From a candidate division WOR-3 bacterium (GTDB lineage Bacteria; Hydrothermota; Hydrothermia; JBDRYB01), in contig JBDRYB010000001.1 of assembly GCA_039803205.1 (NCBI GenBank), forward strand, positions 64,001 through 128,000: DNA of 64,000 bases. The letters are read 5' to 3'. Positions 21,689 to 31,409 of this stretch are shown here, piece by piece. Both the position numbers and the translations under genes were made by a program. The number at the start of each line of letters is the position of its first letter. The first letter of the stretch is position 1. The notes under the pieces are model-generated. The model worked only from the letters and a program-made list of their open reading frames with translations, searched no databases and had not been told where the DNA came from.

Positions 21689-21715
21689 GGTGCATCTCAC
21701 GAAAGGTTGGGGAGC

Positions 21716-21744
21716 TTGATCCGCGCCGGCGTCCGGGCTATAAT
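21716..21744 (+). promoter_or_regulatory. sigma70-like promoter
   Basis: TTGATC-N17-TATAAT, 8 nt before the ATG at 21753. Confidence 0.65.
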
Positions 21745-21752
21745 TATGGCCT

Positions 21753-22490
21753 ATGAGAAGGTTTTTGTTTGCTTTGTCCGCTTTTTTGCTCTCTTGCTCC
21801 CCAAAAGAGGAACCGCCTGAGCCCCAGAGGTATTTCAACCTCACGAAGGGAAACTGGTGGGAGTATGAGACAGCGAAGGGTTTTAAACTGGACACATCGT
21901 CATGGACCCTGGACTCGGTCACCGAGACCTACCACGAGACCCTTACGATAACAGACGAGGCAGATGGGGTCTATACCTGGGTGATAACCTACTCCTCAGA
22001 TACCTTTGCTGATACCATGCAGGCCTTCATCTCCGGGGATACCCTCATGCTCTCAGTGGTAAAAACATTCGCCAACCCTCTGGATCCCACAGATACGATA
22101 ACTGTCTCGGACACGGTTCCCTACGCTCCTTGTCCTCTCGTGGTTGGCATGGCGTGGGGCTCCGAGGAGAAATTCGTCCTCGCCATGGACCTAGATGGGG
22201 ACCTCTTGGAAGATTCAGTCTTCTATCACCTAGAGGCAAGGGTTGAGACACAAGCCGATGTCTCTGTTCCAAAGGGCACCTTCAACGCCTTCAGAACCCT
22301 ATACATTCACAAGTTCAGGATAAAATCCACATCCATGGGCCCACTGACCATTGATCTCATCCAGAGGATATGGTGGGTGGAGAGCGTTGGGCCTGTTCGC
22401 TGGATTGACAGGGACTACAGGGAGAACCCAAGCCCTCTTGACGCGCCCTGGCTGGTCAAGAACCTCTATGACATGGGAGGAGGCCAATGA
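21753..22490 (+). CDS. Lipoprotein (DUF3108/TapB-like beta-rich)
   Basis: Lipobox LLSC; YFNLTKGNWWEY, VSVPKGTF, WWVESVGPV. Confidence 0.7.
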   Translation: MRRFLFALSAFLLSCSPKEEPPEPQRYFNLTKGNWWEYETAKGFKLDTSSWTLDSVTETYHETLTITDEADGVYTWVITYSSDTFADTMQAFISGDTLMLSVVKTFANPLDPTDTITVSDTVPYAPCPLVVGMAWGSEEKFVLAMDLDGDLLEDSVFYHLEARVETQADVSVPKGTFNAFRTLYIHKFRIKSTSMGPLTIDLIQRIWWVESVGPVRWIDRDYRENPSPLDAPWLVKNLYDMGGGQ

Positions 22491-23257
22491 GAGGGATTGT
22501 TCGTTTCCTGGGATTTGCCGGGGCCACAGCCGTTTCCCTGATCTCGTCCTGCGATTGCGACAAAGAAAAGGCTTTCAGCTATGAGTTCTACCCGTCTGTA
22601 GGAGACACCTGGTATTACAGAGAGGTTGAGGATGAGGCCGCTTCTTATTACCTTGATACCGTTATATGCGTTGGAACAACTGAATATCACGGGATTCCCG
22701 CTTGGCTACTGTTTTCAACCCACAAGAAGGACTCCTCTCAGCACGAGACGACCGTCGTCTTTTTCAGGCAAGACACATTCTACCATTACTCAAGGACCAC
22801 GGGTTTCTTCCCGGAGAGCATAACATACCAGGGAGAAAGGTATGTCTGCACATTCGATCATCCGTTCATAGAGATAGCCTGGCTTCCACGGTATATTGAT
22901 ATGGGGGATCAGTGGGAGGTCGCTACGGATGAGGGCAAGATAAAGAGGCTCTCTGATGGGCGCACATACGAGCTTACCGCGACCGTGACAGCTGTCTTTG
23001 ACTCGGTGCAGAACCTTTCCTTCACGGATACCATATACGACACCCTATTCGGGTCCGATCCCCACACATACAACGAGTGCATCAGGGTGGTTTATACGGG
23101 GAAATTGGAGTTTGAGGGCATACCCATAGAGCTCATCATAGGCAAAACCTGGTGGATGTCCGGCCCCGGCATGGTAAAGCAATACGCTTACGCTACGGAT
23201 AGCTCGGGGAATTACGATCCCCTGGACATGTATCTCCTATATTACTCAGGGGATTAA
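22487..23257 (+). CDS. Lipoprotein, paralogous to the upstream gene
   Basis: Lipobox-like ISSC; FYPSVGDTWYY, GDQWE, WWMSGPGMVK. Confidence 0.65.
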   Translation: MRGIVRFLGFAGATAVSLISSCDCDKEKAFSYEFYPSVGDTWYYREVEDEAASYYLDTVICVGTTEYHGIPAWLLFSTHKKDSSQHETTVVFFRQDTFYHYSRTTGFFPESITYQGERYVCTFDHPFIEIAWLPRYIDMGDQWEVATDEGKIKRLSDGRTYELTATVTAVFDSVQNLSFTDTIYDTLFGSDPHTYNECIRVVYTGKLEFEGIPIELIIGKTWWMSGPGMVKQYAYATDSSGNYDPLDMYLLYYSGD

Positions 23258-23266
23258 TAAAGGGCT

Positions 23267-23686
23267 TTGAAGACCCTCTGGCCTCACAGAGGAACGATAT
23301 ACTCGGTCGGTCATTCCAACCGGAAAATTGATGAATTCATCGCTATTCTCGTGAAAAACGGGGTGGAGCTGGTCGCTGATGTGAGGCGGTTTCCAGGCTC
23401 AAGAAAGCACCCATGGTTCTGCCGTGAGAACCTTGAGGCCTTTCTGAAAGAGCATGGGATCCGATACATCTGGCTTGGGGAATCGCTTGGCGGGTTCCGG
23501 AAAGGAGGATACGAGAAATACGCTAAGACGGAGGAATTTGAGAAGGGCTTGAAAGATCTTGAGAACCTAGCGGAGGAACACCGGGTCGCGTTCATGTGCG
23601 CGGAGGCTTTTGAGGGCAAATGCCACAGAAAGCACATAGCGCGCGAGCTGGAGGCCAGGGGATGGGAGGTTATACGAATAGGCTGA
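23267..23686 (+). CDS. DUF488 family protein
   Basis: YSVGHSNR, DVRRFPGSRKHP, LGGFR, MCAE...CHRKHIA. Confidence 0.88.
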   Translation: MKTLWPHRGTIYSVGHSNRKIDEFIAILVKNGVELVADVRRFPGSRKHPWFCRENLEAFLKEHGIRYIWLGESLGGFRKGGYEKYAKTEEFEKGLKDLENLAEEHRVAFMCAEAFEGKCHRKHIARELEARGWEVIRIG

Positions 23687-23727
23687 TGTTGTTGAAGCCA
23701 TATCCCAGCATAATTTATAATTAGAAC

Positions 23728-24594
23728 ATGCTCTTCTGGAGGAAGAAGAAAAAGCCCCTGGAGGCCAAGAAGACGGAAGCCCCTGAGGATGCTTGGGTAA
23801 AGTGCTCGTGCGGAGAGGTTCACTACAGGGCCCAGCTTGACAGGAACTGGTGGGTTTGCCCAAAATGCGGCGCTCACATGCGCATTCCCGCTAGGAAGTT
23901 CGTTGAATACCTCCTGGATGGCGGAGGGTTCAGCGCGGAGATAGCGCCGAACCTGGTTCCAACCGATCCACTTGATTTCCCCGAATACAAGGAAAAGATA
24001 AAGCGGGATCAGAAGAAGACGGGGGAGACCGAGGCGGCCATCGCGGGGTTAGGGGAAATGGGTGGGCACAGGGTTGTCCTTTTTGTCACGGATTTCAACT
24101 TCCTCGGCGGCTCAATGGGCTCTGTCGTCGGAGAGAAGTTCCTGAGGGCCGCGCGCAAGGCCGTTGAGCTCAGGCATCCCCTAATCGCTGTAACAGCGTC
24201 CGGAGGTGGGGCCCGGATGCACGAGGGAATAATCTCCTTGATGCAGATGGTCAAAACCACACTTGGGTGTATTGACCTGGATGCGGCCAAGATCCCATAC
24301 ATAAATGTCCTCTCTGATCCGACCATGGCAGGGGTAATGGCATCATTTGCCTCCCTCGGGGACATACTGATAGCGGAGCCGGGCGCCCTCCTCGGTTTCA
24401 CTGGCCCTCGCGTTATCCAGCAAACAATAGGAGTTGACCTCCCGGAGGGGTTTGAGACATCTGAGTTCCAGCTCGAGCACGGCCAGATTGATATGGTCGT
24501 GCCGAGACCTCGCCTCCGCGAGACCCTCATAAGGATACTTGATGTGCTCTGGGGGATCCCCAAATCAAGAAGGAAGGAGGAAGCCAGGGCATGA
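23728..24594 (+). CDS. accD: Acetyl-CoA carboxylase carboxyltransferase beta subunit
   Basis: Zn finger CSC...CPKC, FLGGSMGSVVGEK, GGARMHEG, FTGPRVIQQTI. Confidence 0.95.
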   Translation: MLFWRKKKKPLEAKKTEAPEDAWVKCSCGEVHYRAQLDRNWWVCPKCGAHMRIPARKFVEYLLDGGGFSAEIAPNLVPTDPLDFPEYKEKIKRDQKKTGETEAAIAGLGEMGGHRVVLFVTDFNFLGGSMGSVVGEKFLRAARKAVELRHPLIAVTASGGGARMHEGIISLMQMVKTTLGCIDLDAAKIPYINVLSDPTMAGVMASFASLGDILIAEPGALLGFTGPRVIQQTIGVDLPEGFETSEFQLEHGQIDMVVPRPRLRETLIRILDVLWGIPKSRRKEEARA

Positions 24595-25265
24595 GGAGGT
24601 TATTTCCGGCCCTCATGGCCATCCTGCTCTCGTGCGGCATCGTTGACCGAGACCAGGCCGATTACCTTATGTGGGATAAAGGGAGAACAACCTGGGCCTT
24701 TCTCGTTTCAGAGGGAACATTTCCGGACGATACTTTTCATTTGGTCTCTGACACTGCCACTGATACCGCATTTGGTTCCGAGAGCGCGGATGTTTATCTT
24801 GATTGGGAGGGCCGTAGGGAATACTTCAGGCTCGCTGGCGACAGGGTTGAGAAGCTGACGGACTTTTCGGTCTATCCAGGTGGTCAGGTTATCCCATTGC
24901 AATACGGGTTCACCCTTTTCATGCGATATCCGCCAGTGCTTGGAAATACTTGGAACGACACCTCGCGGGGGAGCTTGGTATACCAGGGTGATACCTTCAG
25001 CTACTATCACGCTGTTTCTGGTTCGGTTGATTCCATACTCACGCTTTCGGTCCCATTCCGAGAGAATGTAGAAAATGTCTATCTCATCAGGATCGACGAG
25101 CACCTTTTCTCAGATTTGTCCGAATCCAGGGTCCACAGGGTCTATTACCTTGGCCCTGACATAGGGATAATAAAAGCAAAAGTGGGGCCTGACACATTCC
25201 GGTTTGCTGATTCATCCTGGGTTGAAGAGCGCCTGGTTCTTGAGCTTTTTGAGATTCAGAGATGA
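24591..25265 (+). CDS. Lipoprotein of the same beta-rich family as 21753 and 22487
   Basis: Lipobox LLSC; PVLGNTWND, LSVPF, YLGPDIGIIK. Confidence 0.6.
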   Translation: MRRLFPALMAILLSCGIVDRDQADYLMWDKGRTTWAFLVSEGTFPDDTFHLVSDTATDTAFGSESADVYLDWEGRREYFRLAGDRVEKLTDFSVYPGGQVIPLQYGFTLFMRYPPVLGNTWNDTSRGSLVYQGDTFSYYHAVSGSVDSILTLSVPFRENVENVYLIRIDEHLFSDLSESRVHRVYYLGPDIGIIKAKVGPDTFRFADSSWVEERLVLELFEIQR

Positions 25266-25786
25266 TCCTCCGGAATCCTCTTTTGTTCGTTGCTCTCGGG
25301 GCCATGCTTTCGTGTTCAAGAGAGAGATCGGGCGAGCCATCAGCATTCCCGGGGAACGAATCCGCAGAGGGGGTCCGGATCCTACAAACGGACAAGGGTA
25401 GAAGGCTCTGGGAGCTATTCGCTGATAGCATGGAGATTATCGGTGATACTGTCAAGGTTAAGGGGGTTAATCTGAAATTTTACGGCAAGCGAGGCGAGGT
25501 TCAGAGCACACTCACATCGGATTCCGGGAGATATTACCAGTCATCTGAGGACATGTCAGCGCATGGCAGGGTTGAGGTTAAGGGTCAGGATGGCTCATAT
25601 CTTTCAACTTCAAGCCTTTTTTACAGCAGGACCAGGGAGGAAATATTCACGGAGGAAAGGGTGTATCTGAGAACAAGGGACAAGGAGGTCTGGGGAAAGG
25701 GGCTCACATCCGATCCTGCCCTTACCAGGATTGAGATAAAGGAAGAGGTCTGGGGAAAGGGTCAGGAGGAAGAGTGGCAGAGGTAG
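25262..25786 (+). CDS. lptC: LPS export periplasmic protein LptC
   Basis: WELFADS, STLTSDSGRY, LSTSSLFY, IFTEERV, GKGLTSD beta-jellyroll pattern; lipobox MLSC. Confidence 0.75.
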   Translation: MILRNPLLFVALGAMLSCSRERSGEPSAFPGNESAEGVRILQTDKGRRLWELFADSMEIIGDTVKVKGVNLKFYGKRGEVQSTLTSDSGRYYQSSEDMSAHGRVEVKGQDGSYLSTSSLFYSRTREEIFTEERVYLRTRDKEVWGKGLTSDPALTRIEIKEEVWGKGQEEEWQR

Positions 25787-26034
25787 ACGATCTGGCCGAA
25801 AGGATAGCCCAAAGGGTTGTTGGGATGGGCTTGGGTATGATATCAATCGCCCTTTTGGAGAGCCTAAAGCCCATTAGTTTCATAGGCTCTTCGGTCCTCG
25901 TTTTCATGAGGCCATTGGCCGGGGTATTTTTTGACGCTGAGGCCTACGACCGCTTCATAGATCTCATAGAGGACAGGAGAAACATAGAACGCCTGACCGA
26001 AAGAATAGAGCAGTTGCAGGATGAGCAGGGATGA
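25774..26034 (+). CDS. Hypothetical protein (86 aa)
   Basis: LLESLKPISFIGS...LIEDRRNIERL; overlaps the lptC stop. Confidence 0.7.
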   Translation: MAEVDDLAERIAQRVVGMGLGMISIALLESLKPISFIGSSVLVFMRPLAGVFFDAEAYDRFIDLIEDRRNIERLTERIEQLQDEQG

Positions 26035-26122
26035 AGCGCCCGCATGATCCAAAAGGAAGGCGTAGCATTCCCGGATCGTTCCGCAGGTGCAAAAGACCCA
26101 TCTTATCCGCTATAATTTCCTC

Positions 26123-26833
26123 ATGAACATAAGGGCACAGGCCTGGGCAGAGGAGGCCAGAAAAGCCTCCCTTGAGCCCATAGGGGCTGATGAGACCGCA
26201 AGGGTAATAGACAACACCTTCCTCCATCCTGAGGCAACCCCGGATCAGGTCAAAGAATTCATCGTAAAGAGCCTAAATTATCCCTTTAGGGCCATAGTTG
26301 TTGGCCCAAACATGGTCCGTGTCGCCAGAGAGCTGGTGCCAGAAGGAGGGCCGAGGCTCGTTTCGGTCGCTGGTTTCCCCATGGGATTCCACGCGCTTGA
26401 TGTCAAAATGAGGGAGGCCGAAATCTCAATAAAGGCTGGGGTTTCCGAGATAGATTATGTGATTGACATATCCCTGGCAAAAGATAAGGACTACAGGGCG
26501 CTTGAGAACGAGGCAAAAGCCCTCCTCTCTCTTGGCGTTCCCCTGAAGGCGATCCTGGAATGCGGGCTTCTCTCCGAGGACGAAAAGGAGGACTCAGCGA
26601 GGGCTCTGGCCGGGGCTGGCATCTCCTTTGTCAAGACATCAACGGGTTTTCTGGCTGGCGGCGCGACGCTATACGATGTAGCCCTATTGCATTTCGCTGT
26701 TGAGGGAACTGGTTGCGGCGTAAAGGCATCCGGAGGCATAAGGACCCTAGAAGACCTACAGAGAATGCGGCTGGCCGGAGCGGATATCATAGGCACATCA
26801 TACGGGTTAAAGATAGTCCAAAGCGCTCTGTAG
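26123..26833 (+). CDS. deoC: Deoxyribose-phosphate aldolase
   Basis: VAGFPMG, EIDYV, LKAILEC, FVKTSTGF, VKASGGIR, IGTS; TATAAT 6 nt before the ATG. Confidence 0.93.
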   Translation: MNIRAQAWAEEARKASLEPIGADETARVIDNTFLHPEATPDQVKEFIVKSLNYPFRAIVVGPNMVRVARELVPEGGPRLVSVAGFPMGFHALDVKMREAEISIKAGVSEIDYVIDISLAKDKDYRALENEAKALLSLGVPLKAILECGLLSEDEKEDSARALAGAGISFVKTSTGFLAGGATLYDVALLHFAVEGTGCGVKASGGIRTLEDLQRMRLAGADIIGTSYGLKIVQSAL

Positions 26834-26854
26834 CGATCTCGCGAACGGCCCTTG

Positions 26855-27733
26855 CTATGACCCGAAACCCTCAATGACCGCGCCCTCTATGCACCTCTTT
26901 GCCAATCCCTGCAAGACCTTTCCTGGCCCCATTTCAATGAAGCGTTCCGCGCCTTGGTTTTTTGCCTCTCTCAGCATATCCGTCCACCTGACTGGACTCA
27001 ATAACTGGATGAGAAGAGCCTTTTTGAGCTCCTCGGGATCAGCCGTGGCTTTCGCTGTCGCGCAAGGGATAACAGGAACCCTCGGCGGCCTGAATTCGGT
27101 TTTCTCTATCTCGCTCGCTAGCGCCTTTGAAGCTGGCTCCATGAGGGGGGAATGGAAGGCCGCGGAAACCCTGAGAGGGATAACCCTCTTTGCCCCTCGC
27201 TGAGATAGTATCTCGCTTGCCCTCGCGACAGCATCAGTATCCCCCGAGATCACGATCTGGTCAGGCGAGTTAATGTTGGCTATTATAACCGTGCCGCCAG
27301 CCTCCTCAAGGGCCTCTCGTATGCTCATTTCTTCCAGGCCCACGACCGCGGCCATGGTCCCAGGCCTCATCTCGTCCGCCTTTGCCATGAGCTCGCCCCG
27401 CGTTTTCACCAGTCTCATGGCATCCTCGTAGGATATGGCCCCTGCCGCGGCAAGAGCGGAATACTCCCCTAGGCTGTGGCCCATGGTCAGATGAAATTCT
27501 CCCTCCCACGCGGACAAAGCGGCCAAGGAACACGCTACTATGCACGGCTGGGCATTTTCCGTCCTGGTCAAGACCTCCTCCGGCCCCTCAAAACACATAC
27601 TCTTTATAGGCACACCTGTTATCTCCTCGGCCATTTCAATTACAGCGCGGGCCCTTTCGCTTCCTTCATAGAGGGCCTTACCCATCCCGACATACTGAGA
27701 TGCTTGGCCCGGAAACATGAGCGCGGTTTTCAT
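26855..27733 (-). CDS. fabD: Malonyl-CoA:ACP transacylase
   Basis: FPGQASQ, GHSLGEY, SAAFHS, PVRW. Confidence 0.96.
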   Translation of the reverse strand: MKTALMFPGQASQYVGMGKALYEGSERARAVIEMAEEITGVPIKSMCFEGPEEVLTRTENAQPCIVACSLAALSAWEGEFHLTMGHSLGEYSALAAAGAISYEDAMRLVKTRGELMAKADEMRPGTMAAVVGLEEMSIREALEEAGGTVIIANINSPDQIVISGDTDAVARASEILSQRGAKRVIPLRVSAAFHSPLMEPASKALASEIEKTEFRPPRVPVIPCATAKATADPEELKKALLIQLLSPVRWTDMLREAKNQGAERFIEMGPGKVLQGLAKRCIEGAVIEGFGS

Positions 27734-27999
27734 AGAGGGAAATTATATCATCTATCGCTCATCGGTTGCCATTTGCTCAGGGGGCCCCACCCTGCGACAC
27801 GAGGCCATCCTCCCAAAGCCTCCGCAAGGAACGCACGGGGCAAGAGGTCTAATAAATCCACCCCAAGGCTCCCTCTATTTCCCCGGATGGTTGGGCCACA
27901 TAGTGGGAAGGCGATGGTGATATAGCATCTCTCACCGTAACTCCAAGTTTCAAACCCCTTTTCTCCGGCCTTATACTTTGTGGCCTTGGAGATGTTGCT

Positions 28000-29718
28000 A
28001 TGAGTGATACATACACTCACGATATTTTGATCCTCGGAACCGGCCTCGCTGGGCTCAGAGCCGCCCTTGAGATAGGCATGAAAACCAAGGGCAGGTTGAA
28101 CATGGGCCTGGTGTCCAAGGTGCAACTCATGCGCGCTCACTCCGGAGGCGCTGAGGGCGGCACTGCGGCTGTCCTCAGGACCGAGGAGGGGGACAGCACC
28201 GAATTGCACGCCTGGGACACGGTTAAAGGCTCGGATTTCCTCGCGGATCAGGATGTTGTCTTTCGGTTCGTGGAGGGTATGCCAAAGGAGATCCTCATGC
28301 TGGATCACTGGGGCATGCCTTGGTCAAGGAGGCCAGACGGAACCATAGACCAGAGGCCCTTCGGAGGCCACACCTTTCCACGAGCCACCTTCGCGGCTGA
28401 CAAGACCGGATTCTTTGAGATGCAGACCCTATACGATGCGCTTCTGGAATACACGGACAACTTCGCCAGATACGAGGAGTTCTTCGCAACGGCAATACTT
28501 CTCAAAGACGGGAGGTTCGCCGGCCTCGCGGCGATTGACATGCCGCGCGGCAAGCTCGTTCTCTTCAGGGCAAAGGCGCTCATAATCTGCACGGGAGGAG
28601 CGGGAAGGCTTTACGGGTTCACCACATACGCCCACACCGTGACCGGCGACGGGCTCGCTATGGCTCTTAGGATAGGGCTTCCCCTTGAGGACATGGAGTT
28701 CCTCCAATTCCACCCAACCGGCCTCGTTCCGAACGGGGTTCTCATGACAGAAGCGTGCCGAGGAGAGGGAGGCTACCTCAGAAACAACAAGGGCGAGAGG
28801 TTCATGGAACGCTATGTCCCAACGAAGATGGAGCTTGGACCGAGGGACATAATTTCACGCTCAATGATGACCGAGATAGAGGAAGGCAGAGGATTTCCTG
28901 GTCCTGATGGGCTTGATTACCTTCACCTTGACCTCACCCATCTCGGAGCCGATAAAATAAACGAGCGATTGCCCCTCGTCAGGGATGCATCAATGAGCTT
29001 CGTCGGGGTTGATCCCATAAAGGAACCCATCCCTGTCCGACCCGTCGCACACTACTCAATGGGAGGGATAGCCTGTGATATAGATGGCAGAACCGCTATA
29101 GAGAACATTTGGGTTGCTGGAGAGGCCGCTTGCGTGAGTCTCCACGGCGCGAACAGGCTGGGCTCCAATTCAACGGCCGAATGCCTCCTCTGGGGAGCGA
29201 TAACCGGAGCTGAGGCCGCGAAATACGCGTCGGAACACGAGCTTCCCCCTGAGCCCACTGAGGCCTTCTCAGATGAAGAGAAGAAGATGTCCAGGCTTCT
29301 CGGGATGAACGGCAAGGAAAACCCATACGAACTGAGGAACGAGTTGAGGCGGACGATGGACAACTCATTCGGCGTCTTTAGGACAGGCGAGGACATGGAG
29401 CGGGGCCTGAACAAGATCCGCGAGCTAAAACGCAGATTTTCCGACATAAAGGTGACGGATAAATCAACGGTTTACAATACCGACCTGGTTACGGTCTACG
29501 AGCTGGAGAACCTCCTGGACATCGCTGAAGCGCTCGCTTTAGGGGCCATAGCAAGGGAGGAGTCCAGGGGTTCACACGCGAGGCGAGACTTCCCCAAGCG
29601 TGATGACGAGCATTGGCTCAAACACACCCTCGTCTACAGAGAAAAGGATGGAAGCCTCCGGCTGGATTACAAGCCGGTGACCATAACCGCTTGGCTCCCC
29701 ACCGAGCGCAAATACTAG
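28000..29718 (+). CDS. sdhA: Succinate dehydrogenase/fumarate reductase flavoprotein
   Basis: RAHSGGAEGG, QFHPTG, TEACRGEGG, HYSMGG, HGANRLGSNS, ESRGSHAR. Confidence 0.96.
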   Translation: MSDTYTHDILILGTGLAGLRAALEIGMKTKGRLNMGLVSKVQLMRAHSGGAEGGTAAVLRTEEGDSTELHAWDTVKGSDFLADQDVVFRFVEGMPKEILMLDHWGMPWSRRPDGTIDQRPFGGHTFPRATFAADKTGFFEMQTLYDALLEYTDNFARYEEFFATAILLKDGRFAGLAAIDMPRGKLVLFRAKALIICTGGAGRLYGFTTYAHTVTGDGLAMALRIGLPLEDMEFLQFHPTGLVPNGVLMTEACRGEGGYLRNNKGERFMERYVPTKMELGPRDIISRSMMTEIEEGRGFPGPDGLDYLHLDLTHLGADKINERLPLVRDASMSFVGVDPIKEPIPVRPVAHYSMGGIACDIDGRTAIENIWVAGEAACVSLHGANRLGSNSTAECLLWGAITGAEAAKYASEHELPPEPTEAFSDEEKKMSRLLGMNGKENPYELRNELRRTMDNSFGVFRTGEDMERGLNKIRELKRRFSDIKVTDKSTVYNTDLVTVYELENLLDIAEALALGAIAREESRGSHARRDFPKRDDEHWLKHTLVYREKDGSLRLDYKPVTITAWLPTERKY

Positions 29719-29730
29719 GAGGCGAAAAAG

Positions 29731-30177
29731 ATGAAAACGCGCGAACCAAAAACCTTATCCCGCTCCCTCGGCCTCAGAGGCTGGGTATGGGCCGGGAGAT
29801 ACGGGCTTGAGCGCTGGGCATACCTGTTTCACAGGATAACGGGCCTTGCGCTCATAATCTACCTCCCCGCGCACCTCGTAGTCACGGGCCTCAGGCTGTT
29901 CGGGCCCGGACCGTGGGAGGCGTTCGTTGAGTTCTCGCACAATCCGGTTGTCCTCTTCTTTGAGTGGGCACTCATGATCGCGTTTCTCTATCACGCCATA
30001 AACGGATTTAGACTGCTCCTCACAGAGCTTTTCGCGCTCACCATAGGCAAGCCCGCTCACCCGCATATCCCTCCCAGAACCTCCTTAAAGCGTCAGAGGC
30101 CCTTCAACATAGTCCTCATGATCCTCGGGGGCATCTTCATAGTTCTCACTGTGCTTGATTTCTTCGTGTGGAGGTGA
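29731..30177 (+). CDS. sdhC: Succinate dehydrogenase cytochrome b subunit
   Basis: HRITG, three TM helices, HAINGFR. Confidence 0.85.
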   Translation: MKTREPKTLSRSLGLRGWVWAGRYGLERWAYLFHRITGLALIIYLPAHLVVTGLRLFGPGPWEAFVEFSHNPVVLFFEWALMIAFLYHAINGFRLLLTELFALTIGKPAHPHIPPRTSLKRQRPFNIVLMILGGIFIVLTVLDFFVWR

Positions 30178-30180
30178 GCT

Positions 30181-30549
30181 ATGAGAGAGAGACACCTTTG
30201 GCTACTTTTCATCCTTGCCGCGGCGTTTATCCTGGTCACCCTTGCCATCCACATGTTCCTGATGCACATGGGAACCGTGCTCGGATGGCTCGGAATAACC
30301 CTAGGTGATCCCCTCGCCTGGGAGAGCACAATCGCACGGAGCAAGCAAATAGGAACCCTCGTTCTCCTCTTCATCCTTCTTACCGCAGGGCTTTTCCACG
30401 GGCTATATGGCCTCAGGGGAATCCTGATTGAGTGGATAAAGAACCCCATAGGCCAGAAGGCAATAAGCTGGCTCATTGCCCTTTTCGGTGTAGTGGCATA
30501 CGCCTGGGGGCTCGTTGTCCTCTTCGGCGTCTATGCAAAGGGAGGTTGA
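30181..30549 (+). CDS. sdhD: Succinate dehydrogenase membrane anchor
   Basis: Three TM helices, HGLYGLRGILIE. Confidence 0.8.
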   Translation: MRERHLWLLFILAAAFILVTLAIHMFLMHMGTVLGWLGITLGDPLAWESTIARSKQIGTLVLLFILLTAGLFHGLYGLRGILIEWIKNPIGQKAISWLIALFGVVAYAWGLVVLFGVYAKGG

Positions 30550-30550
30550 G

Positions 30551-31351
30551 ATGAAAGCGGTCGTTTTCAGGGTTTTCAGGTTTGATCCTAGCAAGGACGA
30601 GAAGCCCTATTTCAAGGAATACGAGATAACCCTTACAAAAGGCATGACGGTCCTTGAGGCCCTCATCTACATAAAGGAGAAGATAGACCCAACCCTATCG
30701 TTCAGGGCCTCATGCAGAATGGGCGTCTGTGGCTCGTGCGCTATGTATATAAACGGGAAGCCACGCCTTGCTTGCTACAACCAGGTTGAGGGTCTCAAGT
30801 CAAATGTGATATCCGTCGCTCCTCTGCCAAACTACCCGGTCATAAGGGACCTGGTTCCTGACCTCACTTCCCTCTTCCAGAAACACGCCCACATAAAGCC
30901 ATACATAATCCGTCCTGACAGGCAGGAGATGGAGAACCCAACGGGCCAATTTCTCGTTACCCCGAAACAACTAAATGATTTCATCCAATTCGCATACTGC
31001 ATAAAGTGCGGAGCGTGCCTTGCCGCTTGCCCCACTGTCGCGACCGATCCCGCTTTCCTGGGGCCCCAAGCTCTCGCTCAGGCATACAGGTATATCGCTG
31101 ATGTCAGGGACGGAGGCGCTGAGATAAGGTTAAAGATCCTGGACACGGCCCACGGGCCGTTCAGGTGCCACTTCGCTGGTGCTTGCACCGACGCTTGCCC
31201 CAAAGCGGTTGACCCTGCTCTTGGCGTCCAGTATCTCAAGAAGCACATGTTCTTCGGCAAGAAGCAGAAGCCTTCCGGCGTGAAACCCCTAGCTAAGGAG
31301 CATGTGCCCAACGAGAAGTATCCCGCACCGCCGGAGAGAACGGCAAAATAG
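30551..31351 (+). CDS. sdhB: Succinate dehydrogenase/fumarate reductase Fe-S subunit
   Basis: SCRMGVCGSC, CIKCGACLAACP, CHFAGACTDACP; SD GGAGG. Confidence 0.95.
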   Translation: MKAVVFRVFRFDPSKDEKPYFKEYEITLTKGMTVLEALIYIKEKIDPTLSFRASCRMGVCGSCAMYINGKPRLACYNQVEGLKSNVISVAPLPNYPVIRDLVPDLTSLFQKHAHIKPYIIRPDRQEMENPTGQFLVTPKQLNDFIQFAYCIKCGACLAACPTVATDPAFLGPQALAQAYRYIADVRDGGAEIRLKILDTAHGPFRCHFAGACTDACPKAVDPALGVQYLKKHMFFGKKQKPSGVKPLAKEHVPNEKYPAPPERTAK

Positions 31352-31362
31352 CTTAAGCAGAT

Positions 31363-31401
31363 AAAAAACAAGCCCCGGCCTCGGCCGGGGCCTTTGATTT
31401 T
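31363..31401. terminator. Bidirectional intrinsic terminator
   Basis: A-run, GCCCCGGC-CTCG-GCCGGGGC, T-rich tail, between convergent genes. Confidence 0.8.
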
Positions 31402-31409
31402 GTCAGGAT

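Noticed and set aside
27750..27960. ncRNA or small ORF between fabD and sdhA
   Set aside because: Only a short GGTGA-N11-TCACC inverted repeat; no recognisable RNA family, regulator consensus or protein motif.
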